A stretch of DNA of 64,000 nt, from assembly GCA_945865605.1 (NCBI GenBank), contig CAMBEL010000004.1, positions 396 to 64,395 on the forward strand, in the 5' to 3' direction. The DNA comes from Bifidobacterium breve. GTDB taxonomy: Bacteria > Actinomycetota > Acidimicrobiia > IMCC26256 > JAENVU01. The notes below the pieces were generated by a model. That model was not told the origin of the DNA, searched no databases, and was given only the letters and a program-made list of their open reading frames with translations. Made by a program: the position numbers and the translations under genes. This document shows positions 38,979 through 49,419 of the stretch, one piece after another. Every line of letters begins with the position of its first letter. The stretch's first letter is position 1.

Positions 38979-40234
38979 AAACCCATCGCTGCCTGCTCGA
39001 CGGTTCTTGATAGTTCTTCGTCGGTGTGGGCCATGCTCACGAACATCACCTCGTAGCCACCCGGTGCAAAGAACACTCCGCGGCGAAGCATCGCGTGAAA
39101 GAACTTTGCGTAGGTCTCGTGGTTGGCGGCCTTCGCTCCCGCGTAGTTGGTAACGGGACCCTTCGCGAATGCGATTCCCGCAAGCGTGCCGACGACTGGA
39201 ACCTGGACCTCTAAGCCCGAAGATGTGATTGCATCTTGTAGGTCCGTTGCGAACTTTGCGACCTTCTGCGTGAGCTCTTCATACACACCGTCGTCAAGTT
39301 CGGCGATGACGGCAAGTCCTGCCGCTGTCGCCAACGGATTACCTGACAACGTGCCAGCCTGGTAGACGTCTCCGATTGGCGCGAGATGGTCCATCAGATC
39401 AGCGCGGCCGCCTACAGCGGCTAGCGGGAGACCGCCGCCGATAACTTTCCCGAAGATCGAAAGATCCGGTTTCACTTCGTAGTACTGCTGTGCGCCGCCC
39501 AGCCCGAGACGAAACCCGGTAATCACCTCATCGAAAATAAGCAATGTCCCATTGCTCGCACATAGTTGCTCTATGTGTTTGAGCAAACCAGGAATCGGTG
39601 GGACCAGACCCATATTGGCCGGAATACCTTCGACGATTACGGCAGCAATTGTGTCGGCATGAACAGCGAAGGCTTCATCGAGCGCGGCTATGTCGTTGAA
39701 CGGAACCACAACGGTGTCAGCCGCAGCGCCTGGTGTCACGCCCGCAGTGTCGGGTAATCCGAGTGTTGCAACACCGCTACCAGCTGCGACGAGCAGCGCA
39801 TCTACATGTCCGTGATAGCAGCCCTCGAACTTGATCACCTTGGCTCTACCGGTTATCCCGCGCGCGAGTCGTACCACGGTCATCGCGGCTTCCGTTCCTG
39901 AAGACACCATCCTGACCTTCTCAACGCTCGCAACGCGATCTGCGATTGCCTCAGCTAACTCAACTTCACGCGCAGTTGGCGCGCCATAACTTGTGCCGTC
40001 CGACGCAGCTCGTTGGACTGCTTCGACAATGCGTGGGTGCGCGTGTCCCAGAATCGAGGCACCCCAAGACTGCACAAAGTCCAGATACTCGTTTCCATCT
40101 GCGTCAATGAGATGCGAACCATGAGCCCTTGCGACGAAAAAGGGGTCGCCTCCTACGCCCTTGAATGCACGCACGGGCGAATTGACGCCTCCCGGTATCA
40201 CGCGGTTAGCTCGCGTGAACAACTCGTAGTTCAC
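38975..40234 (-). CDS. hemL: glutamate-1-semialdehyde 2,1-aminomutase
   Basis: 419 aa with the N-terminus PGGVNSPVRAF and class III aminotransferase blocks. It is the last gene of the hem operon. Confidence 0.92.
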   Translation of the reverse strand: MNYELFTRANRVIPGGVNSPVRAFKGVGGDPFFVARAHGSHLIDADGNEYLDFVQSWGASILGHAHPRIVEAVQRAASDGTSYGAPTAREVELAEAIADRVASVEKVRMVSSGTEAAMTVVRLARGITGRAKVIKFEGCYHGHVDALLVAAGSGVATLGLPDTAGVTPGAAADTVVVPFNDIAALDEAFAVHADTIAAVIVEGIPANMGLVPPIPGLLKHIEQLCASNGTLLIFDEVITGFRLGLGGAQQYYEVKPDLSIFGKVIGGGLPLAAVGGRADLMDHLAPIGDVYQAGTLSGNPLATAAGLAVIAELDDGVYEELTQKVAKFATDLQDAITSSGLEVQVPVVGTLAGIAFAKGPVTNYAGAKAANHETYAKFFHAMLRRGVFFAPGGYEVMFVSMAHTDEELSRTVEQAAMGF

Positions 40235-41217
40235 GCGTTCAGGCGCTCCGCAACCTCGCGGGCGAGATAAGTAAGCACAAAATCAGCACCAGCACGACGG
40301 ATCGCTATCAGATGCTCTAGCGCCACAGCATCGCCGTCTATCCACCCATTTGCTGCTGCTGCTTTCAGCATCGAATACTCACCGCTCACGTGATACGCAG
40401 CCACAGGTACATCGAAGTTCTGTCGCACCGATGCGATTATGTCGAGATATGCGAGGGCTGGCTTCACCATCACCATGTCGGCGCCTTCACCTATGTCATG
40501 CGCTGTTTCATCAAGTGCTTCGCGCGCATTGGTCACTTGCATTTGGTAGCCGCGCCTGTCTCCAAATTGCGGAGAGCACTCGGCGGCGTCGCGGAACGGG
40601 CCGTAAAGAGCAGACGCGTACTTGGCGGCATAAGCGAGAATCGCTACTTCAGTGTGGCCGTTTTCATCGAGTGCGGACCTGATCGCACCGACCTGACCAT
40701 CCATCATCCCGCTGGGCGCTACCACATCTGCACCGGCATCCGCCTGCGCGATTGCAATCGATGCGTAGCGTTCGAGGGTCCCGTCGTTGTCAACGGTTCC
40801 ATCGGCACTCACCAAACCGCAATGACCGTGATCCGTGTACTCATCAAGACAATCGTCGGCCATGAGAACAATCGAGTCGCCGACTTCGTCACGCAACATC
40901 GACAGCGCGACCTGCACAACACCATTCGGGTCATCAGCCCCTGAACCCGTCGCATCTTTGGCTGTGGGAATTCCGAAGAGGATGATGGCGGGCACACCGA
41001 GGTCAGTCAGTGCTCGAACTTCCTTGCGCAAACTTTCTTGCGTGTGCTGGAACACACCAGGCATTGAGATGACCGGTTCAGGAACTTCGATGCCTTCTTT
41101 GATGAATAGGGGAGCGACCAGGTCATCGACCGATAGGTGTGTTTCCGCGGTGAGGCGTCGCATTGCCTCGGTGCGTCGCAACCGTCTGGGACGATGCTCG
41201 GGGAAACTCATAGACAC
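40231..41217 (-). CDS. hemB: porphobilinogen synthase (delta-aminolevulinate dehydratase)
   Basis: 328 aa with RPRRLR near the N-terminus, active-site region MVKPAL and the VSGEY block. Confidence 0.92.
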   Translation of the reverse strand: MSMSFPEHRPRRLRRTEAMRRLTAETHLSVDDLVAPLFIKEGIEVPEPVISMPGVFQHTQESLRKEVRALTDLGVPAIILFGIPTAKDATGSGADDPNGVVQVALSMLRDEVGDSIVLMADDCLDEYTDHGHCGLVSADGTVDNDGTLERYASIAIAQADAGADVVAPSGMMDGQVGAIRSALDENGHTEVAILAYAAKYASALYGPFRDAAECSPQFGDRRGYQMQVTNAREALDETAHDIGEGADMVMVKPALAYLDIIASVRQNFDVPVAAYHVSGEYSMLKAAAANGWIDGDAVALEHLIAIRRAGADFVLTYLAREVAERLNA

Positions 41218-41253
41218 AAGGCTAGGCCGAGCGTCGCCTCGATTCCCAACGAT

Positions 41254-42714
41254 CTAGGCAAGACCGGTTACGACTGCCTCAACAACTCCATCGATGGTAT
41301 GGGGGTTCGCCTCTATCCCAACCTTCAGTCCGCTGGCTTGGACCGTCGCACTTGTGATCGGTCCTATCGACACGACCAGTGGGGAGACGTCTCCGCTGAG
41401 GGAGACGAGATCGCAGAAATTTGTGACAGTTGAACTCGACGTGAACGTGATCGCGTCGAAGTTGCCGTCGCGCACAAGGTCTAGTTGGTCATCGCGTGGC
41501 TTCGCGGCGACGGTTCGATAAACAGGTAACACATCTACGGCGTGACCGCGATCGACCAACCCGTTCGGCAACACGTCGCGTGCCTGTTCCGCAACTGCTA
41601 GCAAGATTCGTTCACCGGGCGCACCTGGAGCAGGGAAAGACTCGAGCAGCGACTCGGCAACAAATTTCTCTGGTACCAAATCAGCGTTGATCCCATACGT
41701 TGTTAATGCCTGCGCGGTAGATGGCCCGACCGCCGCGATGCGTAAGTGAGCTAGCGCTCGTGAATCGAATCCGTTCTTCGCGAGCCCTCGTTCAAAGAAT
41801 GCTTCAACACCGTTGGGAGAGGTGAACACAAGCCACGCATACCTATGTAACGCCGGAAAGTCGAACTCGATCTCTTCGATTGCGATCGTTGGAAATTCGA
41901 TCACCGAAGCACCGAGCAGTTCCAAGCGCGTAGCTAACTCACTCGCTTGTTCACGCGCTCGGGTCACGACGATCGTGCGGCCTTGTAACGGGCGCGTTTC
42001 GAACCAAGCAAGATTCATCGCAGCTACGGCGCCAATGACAATTGCGCTCGGAGCTTGGACTCCAGCGTGCGCGATTGTGCCGAGTGTTGCTCGCACAGTC
42101 GACTGGTCCGGCCTTGTCCCCCACCTGACTGCCGCTACCGGAGTGTCGGGTGATAGGCCTCCAGCCATCAGGCGTGCCGAGATTTCCGAAAGGTGTTTGG
42201 CGCCCATCAAGACTACGAGTGTCCCTCTGGTTTTCGCGAGCGCTTCCCAATCGGTGTCGCTCCGGCCTTTCGCTGGGTCTTCGTGGCCCGTCACCACGGT
42301 GAAGTGTGTTGAGAGGCCGCGGTGGGTTACCGGGATTCCGGCGTATGCGGGCGCAGCGACGGCGCTGGTGATACCAGGCACGACCTCGAAGGCAACTCCT
42401 GCGGCTGAAAGTACTTCCGCCTCTTCGCCGCCTCGTCCAAAGACAAAGGGGTCGCCGCCTTTGAGACGCACAACTACGCGACTCGATCGGCCGTGCTCCA
42501 CCAATGCCGCGTTTATTCCGTCCTGGTCCATCTCGACGTTGCCGGGTGCCTTACCGACATTGATCAGAATCGCGTCGAATGGAGCGAGCCTAAGCAGGGA
42601 GGGATGTGCGAGGCGGTCATAGATCACAACGTTCGCGCGTCTCAGTAATTCCGCGGCGCGCATTGTTAGTAATCCTGGATCTCCGGGACCAGCCCCTACG
42701 AGGTACACCGTCAT
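41254..42714 (-). CDS. fused uroporphyrinogen-III C-methyltransferase / uroporphyrinogen-III synthase
   Basis: 486 aa. The N-terminal half has VYLVGAGPGDPGLLT and VVRLKGGDPFVFGRGGEE (SUMT). The C-terminal half is HemD-like. Confidence 0.88.
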   Translation of the reverse strand: MTVYLVGAGPGDPGLLTMRAAELLRRANVVIYDRLAHPSLLRLAPFDAILINVGKAPGNVEMDQDGINAALVEHGRSSRVVVRLKGGDPFVFGRGGEEAEVLSAAGVAFEVVPGITSAVAAPAYAGIPVTHRGLSTHFTVVTGHEDPAKGRSDTDWEALAKTRGTLVVLMGAKHLSEISARLMAGGLSPDTPVAAVRWGTRPDQSTVRATLGTIAHAGVQAPSAIVIGAVAAMNLAWFETRPLQGRTIVVTRAREQASELATRLELLGASVIEFPTIAIEEIEFDFPALHRYAWLVFTSPNGVEAFFERGLAKNGFDSRALAHLRIAAVGPSTAQALTTYGINADLVPEKFVAESLLESFPAPGAPGERILLAVAEQARDVLPNGLVDRGHAVDVLPVYRTVAAKPRDDQLDLVRDGNFDAITFTSSSTVTNFCDLVSLSGDVSPLVVSIGPITSATVQASGLKVGIEANPHTIDGVVEAVVTGLA

Positions 42715-43601
42715 CGCGAGTCCTCTAACAAGAGTGCTCCACCATGATCATCGAGCAAGCGTCGCGCAAGGGTGTGTCCGAGGTGTTCGGGATCGGTACC
42801 GTTGTCGGAGATTCGCAACACAACGCTGCCGTCCAAGTTCGCCAGCAACACCTCAAGACTAATAATTCCATCGGCTGACTCACTCGCAAGCGCACCGCAT
42901 GGCAAATCACACCCGCCTCCCAATTCAGCTAGATACGCGCGTTCCGCATTCAACACGCGATGCAATCGTGCATTGTCGATACCGGCGAGCGTGTCGAGCG
43001 TGTCTTGATCATCAGACTGACACTCGACAGCAATTGCGCCTTGCCCAACCTGAGGCAACATCACCGAAGTTTCTAGGATCTGAGCGACACGATCACTCAA
43101 TCCAAGGCGGTTGATTGCGGCCATTGCAACGACTACCGCTCCGAATTCAGACGCCTTGTCCATCCGAGTAGCGATGTTGCCGCGCAATTCTCCAAAGGTA
43201 AGATCGGGTCTCTCCGCAGCCAGTTGCGCCCGGCGACGCGTTGCTCCAGTTCCAACTCGGGCACCAGTTGGCAACTCATCGAGTGTCGCTCCGACCAGAG
43301 CGTCACGTACATCGTCACGCTCCGGGACAGCACCGATCACTAGACCATCTGGAGTTAATGAAGGAAGGTCTTTGGCCGAGTGCACCGCGATGTCGGCATC
43401 GTTGCGAAGCACGGCGTCTTGTATTTCCTTAGTGAATACACCCGTGCCACCAATAGCATGAATCGGAGCAAGGGTGTCGCGGTCACCTTTGGTACTCACA
43501 ATGACCAGTTCCGTTGGTACACCCAGCAAACGCACAACTCGTTCCGTCTGAACAAGGGCTAACTTGGATCCACGCGTCGCTATCCGAAGTGCGCGGGTCA
43601 T
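42711..43601 (-). CDS. hemC: hydroxymethylbilane synthase (porphobilinogen deaminase)
   Basis: 296 aa with IATRGSKLALVQT, RGNIATR and a cofactor cysteine region (GGCDLPCG). Confidence 0.92.
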   Translation of the reverse strand: MTRALRIATRGSKLALVQTERVVRLLGVPTELVIVSTKGDRDTLAPIHAIGGTGVFTKEIQDAVLRNDADIAVHSAKDLPSLTPDGLVIGAVPERDDVRDALVGATLDELPTGARVGTGATRRRAQLAAERPDLTFGELRGNIATRMDKASEFGAVVVAMAAINRLGLSDRVAQILETSVMLPQVGQGAIAVECQSDDQDTLDTLAGIDNARLHRVLNAERAYLAELGGGCDLPCGALASESADGIISLEVLLANLDGSVVLRISDNGTDPEHLGHTLARRLLDDHGGALLLEDSR

Positions 43602-44920
43602 GACTCCGGCGCCGGGTCACTCTCCAGGGACAGTTCGGGAGAAACCGGTTCGAATGCTTCAACGATATTGAAGAGAGTTGCCAATGCATCTGCGAACAGT
43701 TCGCCACGCGCGGTGCCCGCTGCATCTTTGATTCTTACCGTAGGTTCATGCAGCAGCTTGTTCACGATTCCCTGCGTGAGCGCTTCAACAACCTTTCGTG
43801 CGTCAGTGTCAAGAGCGTCGAGTTTTGCACTGAACCGCGCGAGTTCAGTTAGACGAATCTGTTCGGCACGGTCGTGCAATGCGGCGATTAGCGGCGCTAC
43901 CTGGCGCGCGGTGCGCTCTAGTTGGAAACGTTCTAATTCATCGATGATGACACTTTGCACCTTGCTCACTTCACGCCGACGCGCGTGCAGGGATGATTCC
44001 GTAAAGGCCATCAAGTCGTCCATGTCCAAAAGTGTCACGCCATGTACTTGCCCAGCACCGGGATCAACATCACGCGGAACCGCAACATCAACAACTAGAA
44101 GTGCGGTGCCTGCCCTTCGCTCCATCACGGCTTCAATATCTGCACGTTCCACATGAACTTCTGTGGAATCGGTCGCAGTCAACAAAACATCGACCGTCTC
44201 TAAAACCTCGGAAAGGTCACCAAGAGCTACTGCGCGGCCACCAACCCGTTCGGCCAGTTCAGTCGCCCGCGCTCGCGTTCGATTTGCGACAACTACCTCA
44301 CCGACCCCCGCTCCCAACAGGGCTCGTGCCATCCCTTCGGCAACATCGCCTGCGCCAAGAATGAGCACGTTACGACCGCGCAGCGAAAACATCTTTTGTT
44401 CGGCTAATGCCACGGCAGCCGACGACACCGATAACGCGCTCCGTCCTATAGCCGTTTCGGTGCGTGCGCGTTTACCGACGCGCACTGCATGTTGAAACAA
44501 CCGCGCTAACGATTGGCCAGTCGCGCCTTCTTGTTCGGCAAGTTGAAATGCGTCGCGCACCTGGCCGAGGATCTCACCTTCACCAACGATCATGGAATCA
44601 AGACCGGCTGCGACTCCAAACAGATGCGCGACCGCACCATCGTCGTAATACGTGTACAGGTGTTCTGAAAAATCATCGGGAGTGGCGGATGCCTGCTCTG
44701 CAAAGAATGTGATCGCGTCAGAGACAGCGGAGTGGAACTTGGTGCAGCGAGCGTAAATCTCTGTTCGGTTGCAGGTAGAAAGAAGAACTACTTCCTCAAG
44801 ATGTTCACGGCTAGCCAAGTCGTGGATCGCCTTTGTAAGCCGCGACGCGGGAACCGCGACCTTTTCGCGCATCTCGACAGGTGCGGTGCGGTGGTTCAGT
44901 CCCACAACGATCACAGACAT
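43598..44920 (-). CDS. hemA: glutamyl-tRNA reductase
   Basis: 440 aa with N-terminal VVGLNHRTAPVEMRE, catalytic LSTCNRTEIY and NADPH fold ILGAGDVAE. Confidence 0.92.
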   Translation of the reverse strand: MSVIVVGLNHRTAPVEMREKVAVPASRLTKAIHDLASREHLEEVVLLSTCNRTEIYARCTKFHSAVSDAITFFAEQASATPDDFSEHLYTYYDDGAVAHLFGVAAGLDSMIVGEGEILGQVRDAFQLAEQEGATGQSLARLFQHAVRVGKRARTETAIGRSALSVSSAAVALAEQKMFSLRGRNVLILGAGDVAEGMARALLGAGVGEVVVANRTRARATELAERVGGRAVALGDLSEVLETVDVLLTATDSTEVHVERADIEAVMERRAGTALLVVDVAVPRDVDPGAGQVHGVTLLDMDDLMAFTESSLHARRREVSKVQSVIIDELERFQLERTARQVAPLIAALHDRAEQIRLTELARFSAKLDALDTDARKVVEALTQGIVNKLLHEPTVRIKDAAGTARGELFADALATLFNIVEAFEPVSPELSLESDPAPES

Positions 44921-45567
44921 GAGCGGAGCAGCTCCCTTGCCTCATCGAGGCGTCCTTCGCGGATCAGCTCGAGGATGCCGGACTCAAGCGCACCTCGCCA
45001 ATTAGAGGCCTCGGTAGAGCTGCCTGTTGCAATCAACTCCAACCTGCATTCCTCGAGAATGACCAAAAGTGTCTCATATTCCTCGCCAATTTCTTTACGG
45101 AATCGATCGGCCAGATGCGCACTTAGTGCAGGGCTTCGTCCGTTGGTCCCAATCGCAACAACGATATCGCCGCGTCGCACTAGAGCCATAAGAGTTAGCG
45201 AGCAGTTGGATGGATCATCGGCGCTGTTCACCCATATCTGCCGTTCCTCACTAGCTTCGAAAACTGCGAGGTCAACGGCAGGAACTCCGGTTGCCGTTAT
45301 AACAAGCCACGCTCCCTCTACGTCAGACGAGGCGAACTCTCGCTGCGCCCATGTACACCGGCCTGCCTCCACCAATGCACGAACCTCTGCAGATGCTTCG
45401 GGGGCCACAACCTCAACTACAGCGTTTTGATCGAGGAGTCTGTTGATCTTTCGAAAAGCGATATGACCGGCACCGACTACGAGACAACGACGCCCTCCAA
45501 CGCTCAGGTTTGCCGGGAAACCTGACAACACCGGACGTTCTACCGAACTTTCTGGATCTGTGGTCAT
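44911..45567 (-). CDS. precorrin-2 dehydrogenase / sirohydrochlorin ferrochelatase (siroheme synthase N-terminal-domain type)
   Basis: 218 aa with the fold CLVVGAGHIAFRKINRLL and the later blocks VNSADDP and VAIGTNGRSPALS. Confidence 0.8.
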   Translation of the reverse strand: MTTDPESSVERPVLSGFPANLSVGGRRCLVVGAGHIAFRKINRLLDQNAVVEVVAPEASAEVRALVEAGRCTWAQREFASSDVEGAWLVITATGVPAVDLAVFEASEERQIWVNSADDPSNCSLTLMALVRRGDIVVAIGTNGRSPALSAHLADRFRKEIGEEYETLLVILEECRLELIATGSSTEASNWRGALESGILELIREGRLDEARELLRSCL

Positions 45568-46271
45568 GATGTCTTCGCCGTTGTCGCCTGGAGTTGCACA
45601 TCGGGAGTGAATTTCCCGACGCGTCGACGTGACTTTCGCTCTGCTTGGTAGTACGAAAGAATTTGAAGTTCGGTCGCGAGATCTACCTTACGAAGCGATA
45701 CCCCTTCGGGAACAGAAACGATGGCTGGCGCAAAGTTGAGGATCGACGAGATGCCAGCATCGACGAGTTGGTCTGTGACGTCTTGGGCCGCTGCAGCGGG
45801 AGTTGCAATAACTCCAATGCGGATGCCACGCATCGCGACCAAGTCCGCGAGCGACTCGATCGGATCTACAGCAAGCCCACCAACTTTTTCGCCATGCTTC
45901 GCTGGATCGGCATCTACCAACGCGCTTACTTGAAAACCGCGCGCTCCGAATCCACCATAGTTTGCCAACGCTTGTCCAAGATTTCCTATGCCGACGATCA
46001 CGACGGGCCAGTCCTGAGTGAGACCGAGTTCCCTTGAGATAACAGCCAATAGGAACTCGACCGCGTATCCGACACCGCGCGTGCCGTAGGACCCGAGATA
46101 AGAGAGGTCTTTACGGACCTTGGCGGCGTTCACACCAGCGAGATCGGCCAGCTGTTCAGATGAAACGGTCTCAATGTCCCGCTCGGCCGTCTCATTGAGG
46201 GCCCTGTAATAAAGGGGGAGACGAGCAACCGTGGCCTCGGGGATCCGACGTCCGTCGAGGCGGTCTGGCAC
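45564..46271 (-). CDS. rex: redox-sensing transcriptional repressor Rex
   Basis: 235 aa with the N-terminal winged helix IPEATVARLPLYYRAL and Rossmann fold VVIVGIGNLGQALANY. It is the first gene of a rex-hem operon, as in Streptomyces. Confidence 0.9.
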   Translation of the reverse strand: MPDRLDGRRIPEATVARLPLYYRALNETAERDIETVSSEQLADLAGVNAAKVRKDLSYLGSYGTRGVGYAVEFLLAVISRELGLTQDWPVVIVGIGNLGQALANYGGFGARGFQVSALVDADPAKHGEKVGGLAVDPIESLADLVAMRGIRIGVIATPAAAAQDVTDQLVDAGISSILNFAPAIVSVPEGVSLRKVDLATELQILSYYQAERKSRRRVGKFTPDVQLQATTAKTS

Positions 46272-46335
46272 TGCTGGTCCTTTGCTAGCGGGGTCTTCGG
46301 TTCCGATGATCCGGAATGACGAGGGTACACCGCGC

Positions 46336-46353
46336 TAGTGCACTTGTTCACAA
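46336..46353. promoter_or_regulatory. candidate Rex operator (ROP)
   Basis: tagtgcacttgttcacaa matches TTGTGAA-N4-TTCACAA at 12 of 14 specified positions. It lies 65 nt upstream of the rex start, in the divergent intergenic region. Confidence 0.65.
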
Positions 46354-46388
46354 AGTATTGCAATACTCCCCGTATAGCGGGGATGTGA

Positions 46389-47159
46389 TTGACGGAGGGC
46401 CGCCCCCGTACGCTCGGTGTCTTGGTCGTTGCCCTTGCATTCATTGCCACAGCCGTATCGACGCTTTTTGCCCAGGCGACGCTAGTTCGCTTTACCCGCG
46501 ACAGGCGCCCACAAGATCGTGCATGGTGCATTGCCCTGGCCTTATTCGCTCTGGCGTCGGCGGCATTGTCGGTAGGTGTTTCGACGGGTTGGGATGACGC
46601 GACGTTTCGAATCTTCTACCTGCTCGGTGCCGTCGTGAACGTTCCATGGCTAGCTCTCGGAACTGTGTATGTAGTTGCTGGTCGGAAAGTGGGTTCGCGC
46701 GTACAAATTGGGGTGGTGTTCTTCTCTGGCCTTGCGGCTGGTGTGGTGTTCGCAGCTCCCATCATCGGAGTGCCGGTCAGCGGCGTTGAGATTCCTGCAG
46801 GTAGCGATGTGTTCGGTGCATTACCGCGGATCATGGCTGCGATCGGCAGCGGCGTTGGCGCAGCCGTGATATTCGGCGGCGCGGTGCTGTCGAGTTGGCG
46901 ATTTGCTCGAGCCAGTACGACCCCCGGTAATGCGATGCGAGCAACAGCAAACGCGTGCATCGCGCTTGGGACCATCGTGTTGTCTAGCGGCGGGCTGGCC
47001 CAGGGAGTTGCAGGAAAGGACCAAGCGTTTGTCGCCTCTTTAGCTATCGGAATATGCATCATCTACGCGGGCTTCGTGTTGTCGGCCGCAGCGACAACGC
47101 GCTCTCTTTCTGCTGAGACTCAACTGAGCGCGTCTTCGACCGCTATCAGCGCGTCGTAG
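46389..47159 (+). CDS. uncharacterised polytopic membrane protein
   Basis: 256 aa, about 7-8 hydrophobic segments, TTG start. No family recognised. Divergent from rex. Confidence 0.55.
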   Translation: MTEGRPRTLGVLVVALAFIATAVSTLFAQATLVRFTRDRRPQDRAWCIALALFALASAALSVGVSTGWDDATFRIFYLLGAVVNVPWLALGTVYVVAGRKVGSRVQIGVVFFSGLAAGVVFAAPIIGVPVSGVEIPAGSDVFGALPRIMAAIGSGVGAAVIFGGAVLSSWRFARASTTPGNAMRATANACIALGTIVLSSGGLAQGVAGKDQAFVASLAIGICIIYAGFVLSAAATTRSLSAETQLSASSTAISAS

Positions 47160-48609
47160 TTCGCAACTCGCGTCGCAACAATTTTCCAGCAATATCGCGC
47201 GGGAGTGATTCGACAAATTTAACCGCGCGTGGTGCTTTGTAACGAGCGAGATGAAGCAACGCTTGGTCGCGTATATCTTCGAAAACGAGCTCGCTTCCTA
47301 GGCGCGCCACAACCCAAGCGACTACTTCTTCGCCGCTAAGAACATTGGGAACTCCGAACACACCGACATCGATTACATCGGCATGCATGCGTATTACATC
47401 TTCGACTTCGGCTGGATACACGTTGAATCCGGACACGATGATCAAGTCCTTCACGCGGTCTACGAGGGCTAGGTAGCCGTGCTCGTCGGCTACCGCTATG
47501 TCACCGGTATGCAGCCAACCATCTTGTAAGACGCGGTCGGTCGCTTCGCGATCATTCCAGTATCCGGCAAAGACATTTGGACCGTTCACCCAAATCTCAC
47601 CTGGGTCTCCAACGAGTGCGTCTGTGCCGTCTTCGGAAACGAGTCGGACTTGCACACCTGGGAGTGGGGGCCCGATCGATCCCCAGTGAGGAAGATCTAC
47701 AACCGCAGTTGTCGTGACGATCGGCGATGCTTCGGTGAGCCCGTATCCCTCGAAGATCGTTAGGCCGAAACGTTCTCGGAACTGCTCCGCGTTGTCGCGC
47801 TGGAGTGCGGAGGCTCCACAGACTGCGAGACGAACGGATGCGAACGAATCACTCGGCGCTTCATCTTCAGACAACGCGAGAATCGCCGAATACATCGTAG
47901 GAACACCCGTCAGAACGGTGACCCTGTGCTCGCGTATCAACTCCAACGCTCGCTGTACATCCAGTTTCTCCAGAAGAACCGTCGTGCTTCCTCCAGCCAG
48001 TCCTAGCCCTAACGACACGTTGAGGCCAAACACGTGAAAGAACGGAAGTGCTGCAAGCCCAACATCATCGGTGCCGACACGCAACCCGCTGTGGCCCTGC
48101 ACTTGACCAATGTTGGAAGCAAGGTTGCCATGCGTGAGCATTGCGGCGCGCGGCGCTCCCGCGGTACCAGAGGTATAGAGCAACACTGCGAGTTCTGAGT
48201 CGTCGCGTTCGGCTTCGGCTGACATCGGATCAGCTATGGGTAAGTCATCTAGCGCGTGTGCACCAGGAAGTGAACCGAGGTGATGCACCGTTGAGCCGAG
48301 GACGACAACCGAGGCACCGACCTTTTCTATTTCTGTGGCTAGTGCAACAACCGGTGTTTGTGGATTCAACGGAACAACAACTGCGCCGGCCCACAACACA
48401 CCGAGATAGGTCTCGACAAAACCCAGATCGTTGCCACTCACGATCGCGACACGATCGCCTGTCACCACACCTATTTGCGCGAGCGCGCCTGCAATTTGCG
48501 CCGCGCGTGCTTGAAGTTCTGCGTACGTAACCACAGCGTTGCCCGCGACGATCGCCGTTGCATCGGGACGGTCCGCGGCATGAGCAAGCAGCGTCGAAAC
48601 CAGGTTCAT
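47146..48609 (-). CDS. AMP-dependent acyl-CoA synthetase / ligase (FadD-like)
   Basis: Contains the AMP-binding motif LLYTSGTAGAPRAAMLTHGN, then GYGLTEASP, TGDIAV and the C-terminal GKLLRRELR. ATG at 48609 is preferred over GTG at 48654. Confidence 0.85.
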   Translation of the reverse strand: MNLVSTLLAHAADRPDATAIVAGNAVVTYAELQARAAQIAGALAQIGVVTGDRVAIVSGNDLGFVETYLGVLWAGAVVVPLNPQTPVVALATEIEKVGASVVVLGSTVHHLGSLPGAHALDDLPIADPMSAEAERDDSELAVLLYTSGTAGAPRAAMLTHGNLASNIGQVQGHSGLRVGTDDVGLAALPFFHVFGLNVSLGLGLAGGSTTVLLEKLDVQRALELIREHRVTVLTGVPTMYSAILALSEDEAPSDSFASVRLAVCGASALQRDNAEQFRERFGLTIFEGYGLTEASPIVTTTAVVDLPHWGSIGPPLPGVQVRLVSEDGTDALVGDPGEIWVNGPNVFAGYWNDREATDRVLQDGWLHTGDIAVADEHGYLALVDRVKDLIIVSGFNVYPAEVEDVIRMHADVIDVGVFGVPNVLSGEEVVAWVVARLGSELVFEDIRDQALLHLARYKAPRAVKFVESLPRDIAGKLLRRELRTTTR

Positions 48610-48772
48610 GAACGCAGTCTCGCAGAGCGACGCGGGCGTGCGCTGCGAAGCCACTGGCAGGCCAATCAGCCCTGTTTCACATTCGGTCGCGATTTGGACT
48701 CAAGACATCACGTACCCGCGCCGAAACAAGACACGTACGGCGGACAAGGGGTTCGACCGAAGGGAGGCCAGC

Positions 48773-49408
48773 ATGCGATTTCACCGAGTTTCACTAGCAC
48801 TGCTAGCCGTTCTTGCGTTCTCGGTCTTCGGTGCGCTGGCTAGTCCTGCTCACGCCGACATCGATGGCGGAGCAGAAGCGTCCTTCATCGCAGAGACAAA
48901 CGCCCTTCGCGCTAGCCGCGGCCTCCCAGGGCTAGTGGTTCACGGCACACTTGTTGCTAAAGCACGTGGCTGGGCGCAACACCTGTCTGGTACGGGCACC
49001 ATCTTCCACTCCAATCTCCCCGACGGCGCTCCGAACGAGTGGGTACGCCTCGGAGAGAACGTGGGCAAGGGCCCATCGGTCGCCAGTATCCACGCTGCCC
49101 TTGTTGCCTCACCTACTCACTTAGCCAATCTCCTAGATCCGGGGTTCCGGTATGTGGGCGTGGGCGTCGTGAATGCCAACGGGACGTTGTACGTCTCCGA
49201 GGTGTTCATGGAAACAGCCTCCCAGCCCGTCACAATGCCCTCGGCCACAGCCGGGACTCCGCCTTCGCCACGACCGATTCAACCTGTATCGCAGGTAAGG
49301 CCGGCGGCGGTACCAGTAGCAGCAGCAGCGATGCCAGTAGCGGCACCGATACCAGCGCCGGTTGAACCGAGACGGTTCTTCAGCCAGGGTGCTTACCGAC
49401 TCGTATAA
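48773..49408 (+). CDS. secreted CAP / SCP-domain protein
   Basis: The signal peptide MRFHRVSLALLAVLAFSVFGALASPAHA is followed by NALRASRGLPGL ... HSNL ... GENVG ... HLANLL, typical of bacterial SCP/PR1-like domains. A Pro/Ala-rich tail follows. GGGAGG lies upstream of the ATG at 48773. Confidence 0.7.
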   Translation: MRFHRVSLALLAVLAFSVFGALASPAHADIDGGAEASFIAETNALRASRGLPGLVVHGTLVAKARGWAQHLSGTGTIFHSNLPDGAPNEWVRLGENVGKGPSVASIHAALVASPTHLANLLDPGFRYVGVGVVNANGTLYVSEVFMETASQPVTMPSATAGTPPSPRPIQPVSQVRPAAVPVAAAAMPVAAPIPAPVEPRRFFSQGAYRLV

Positions 49409-49419
49409 CCCCTCACCGA

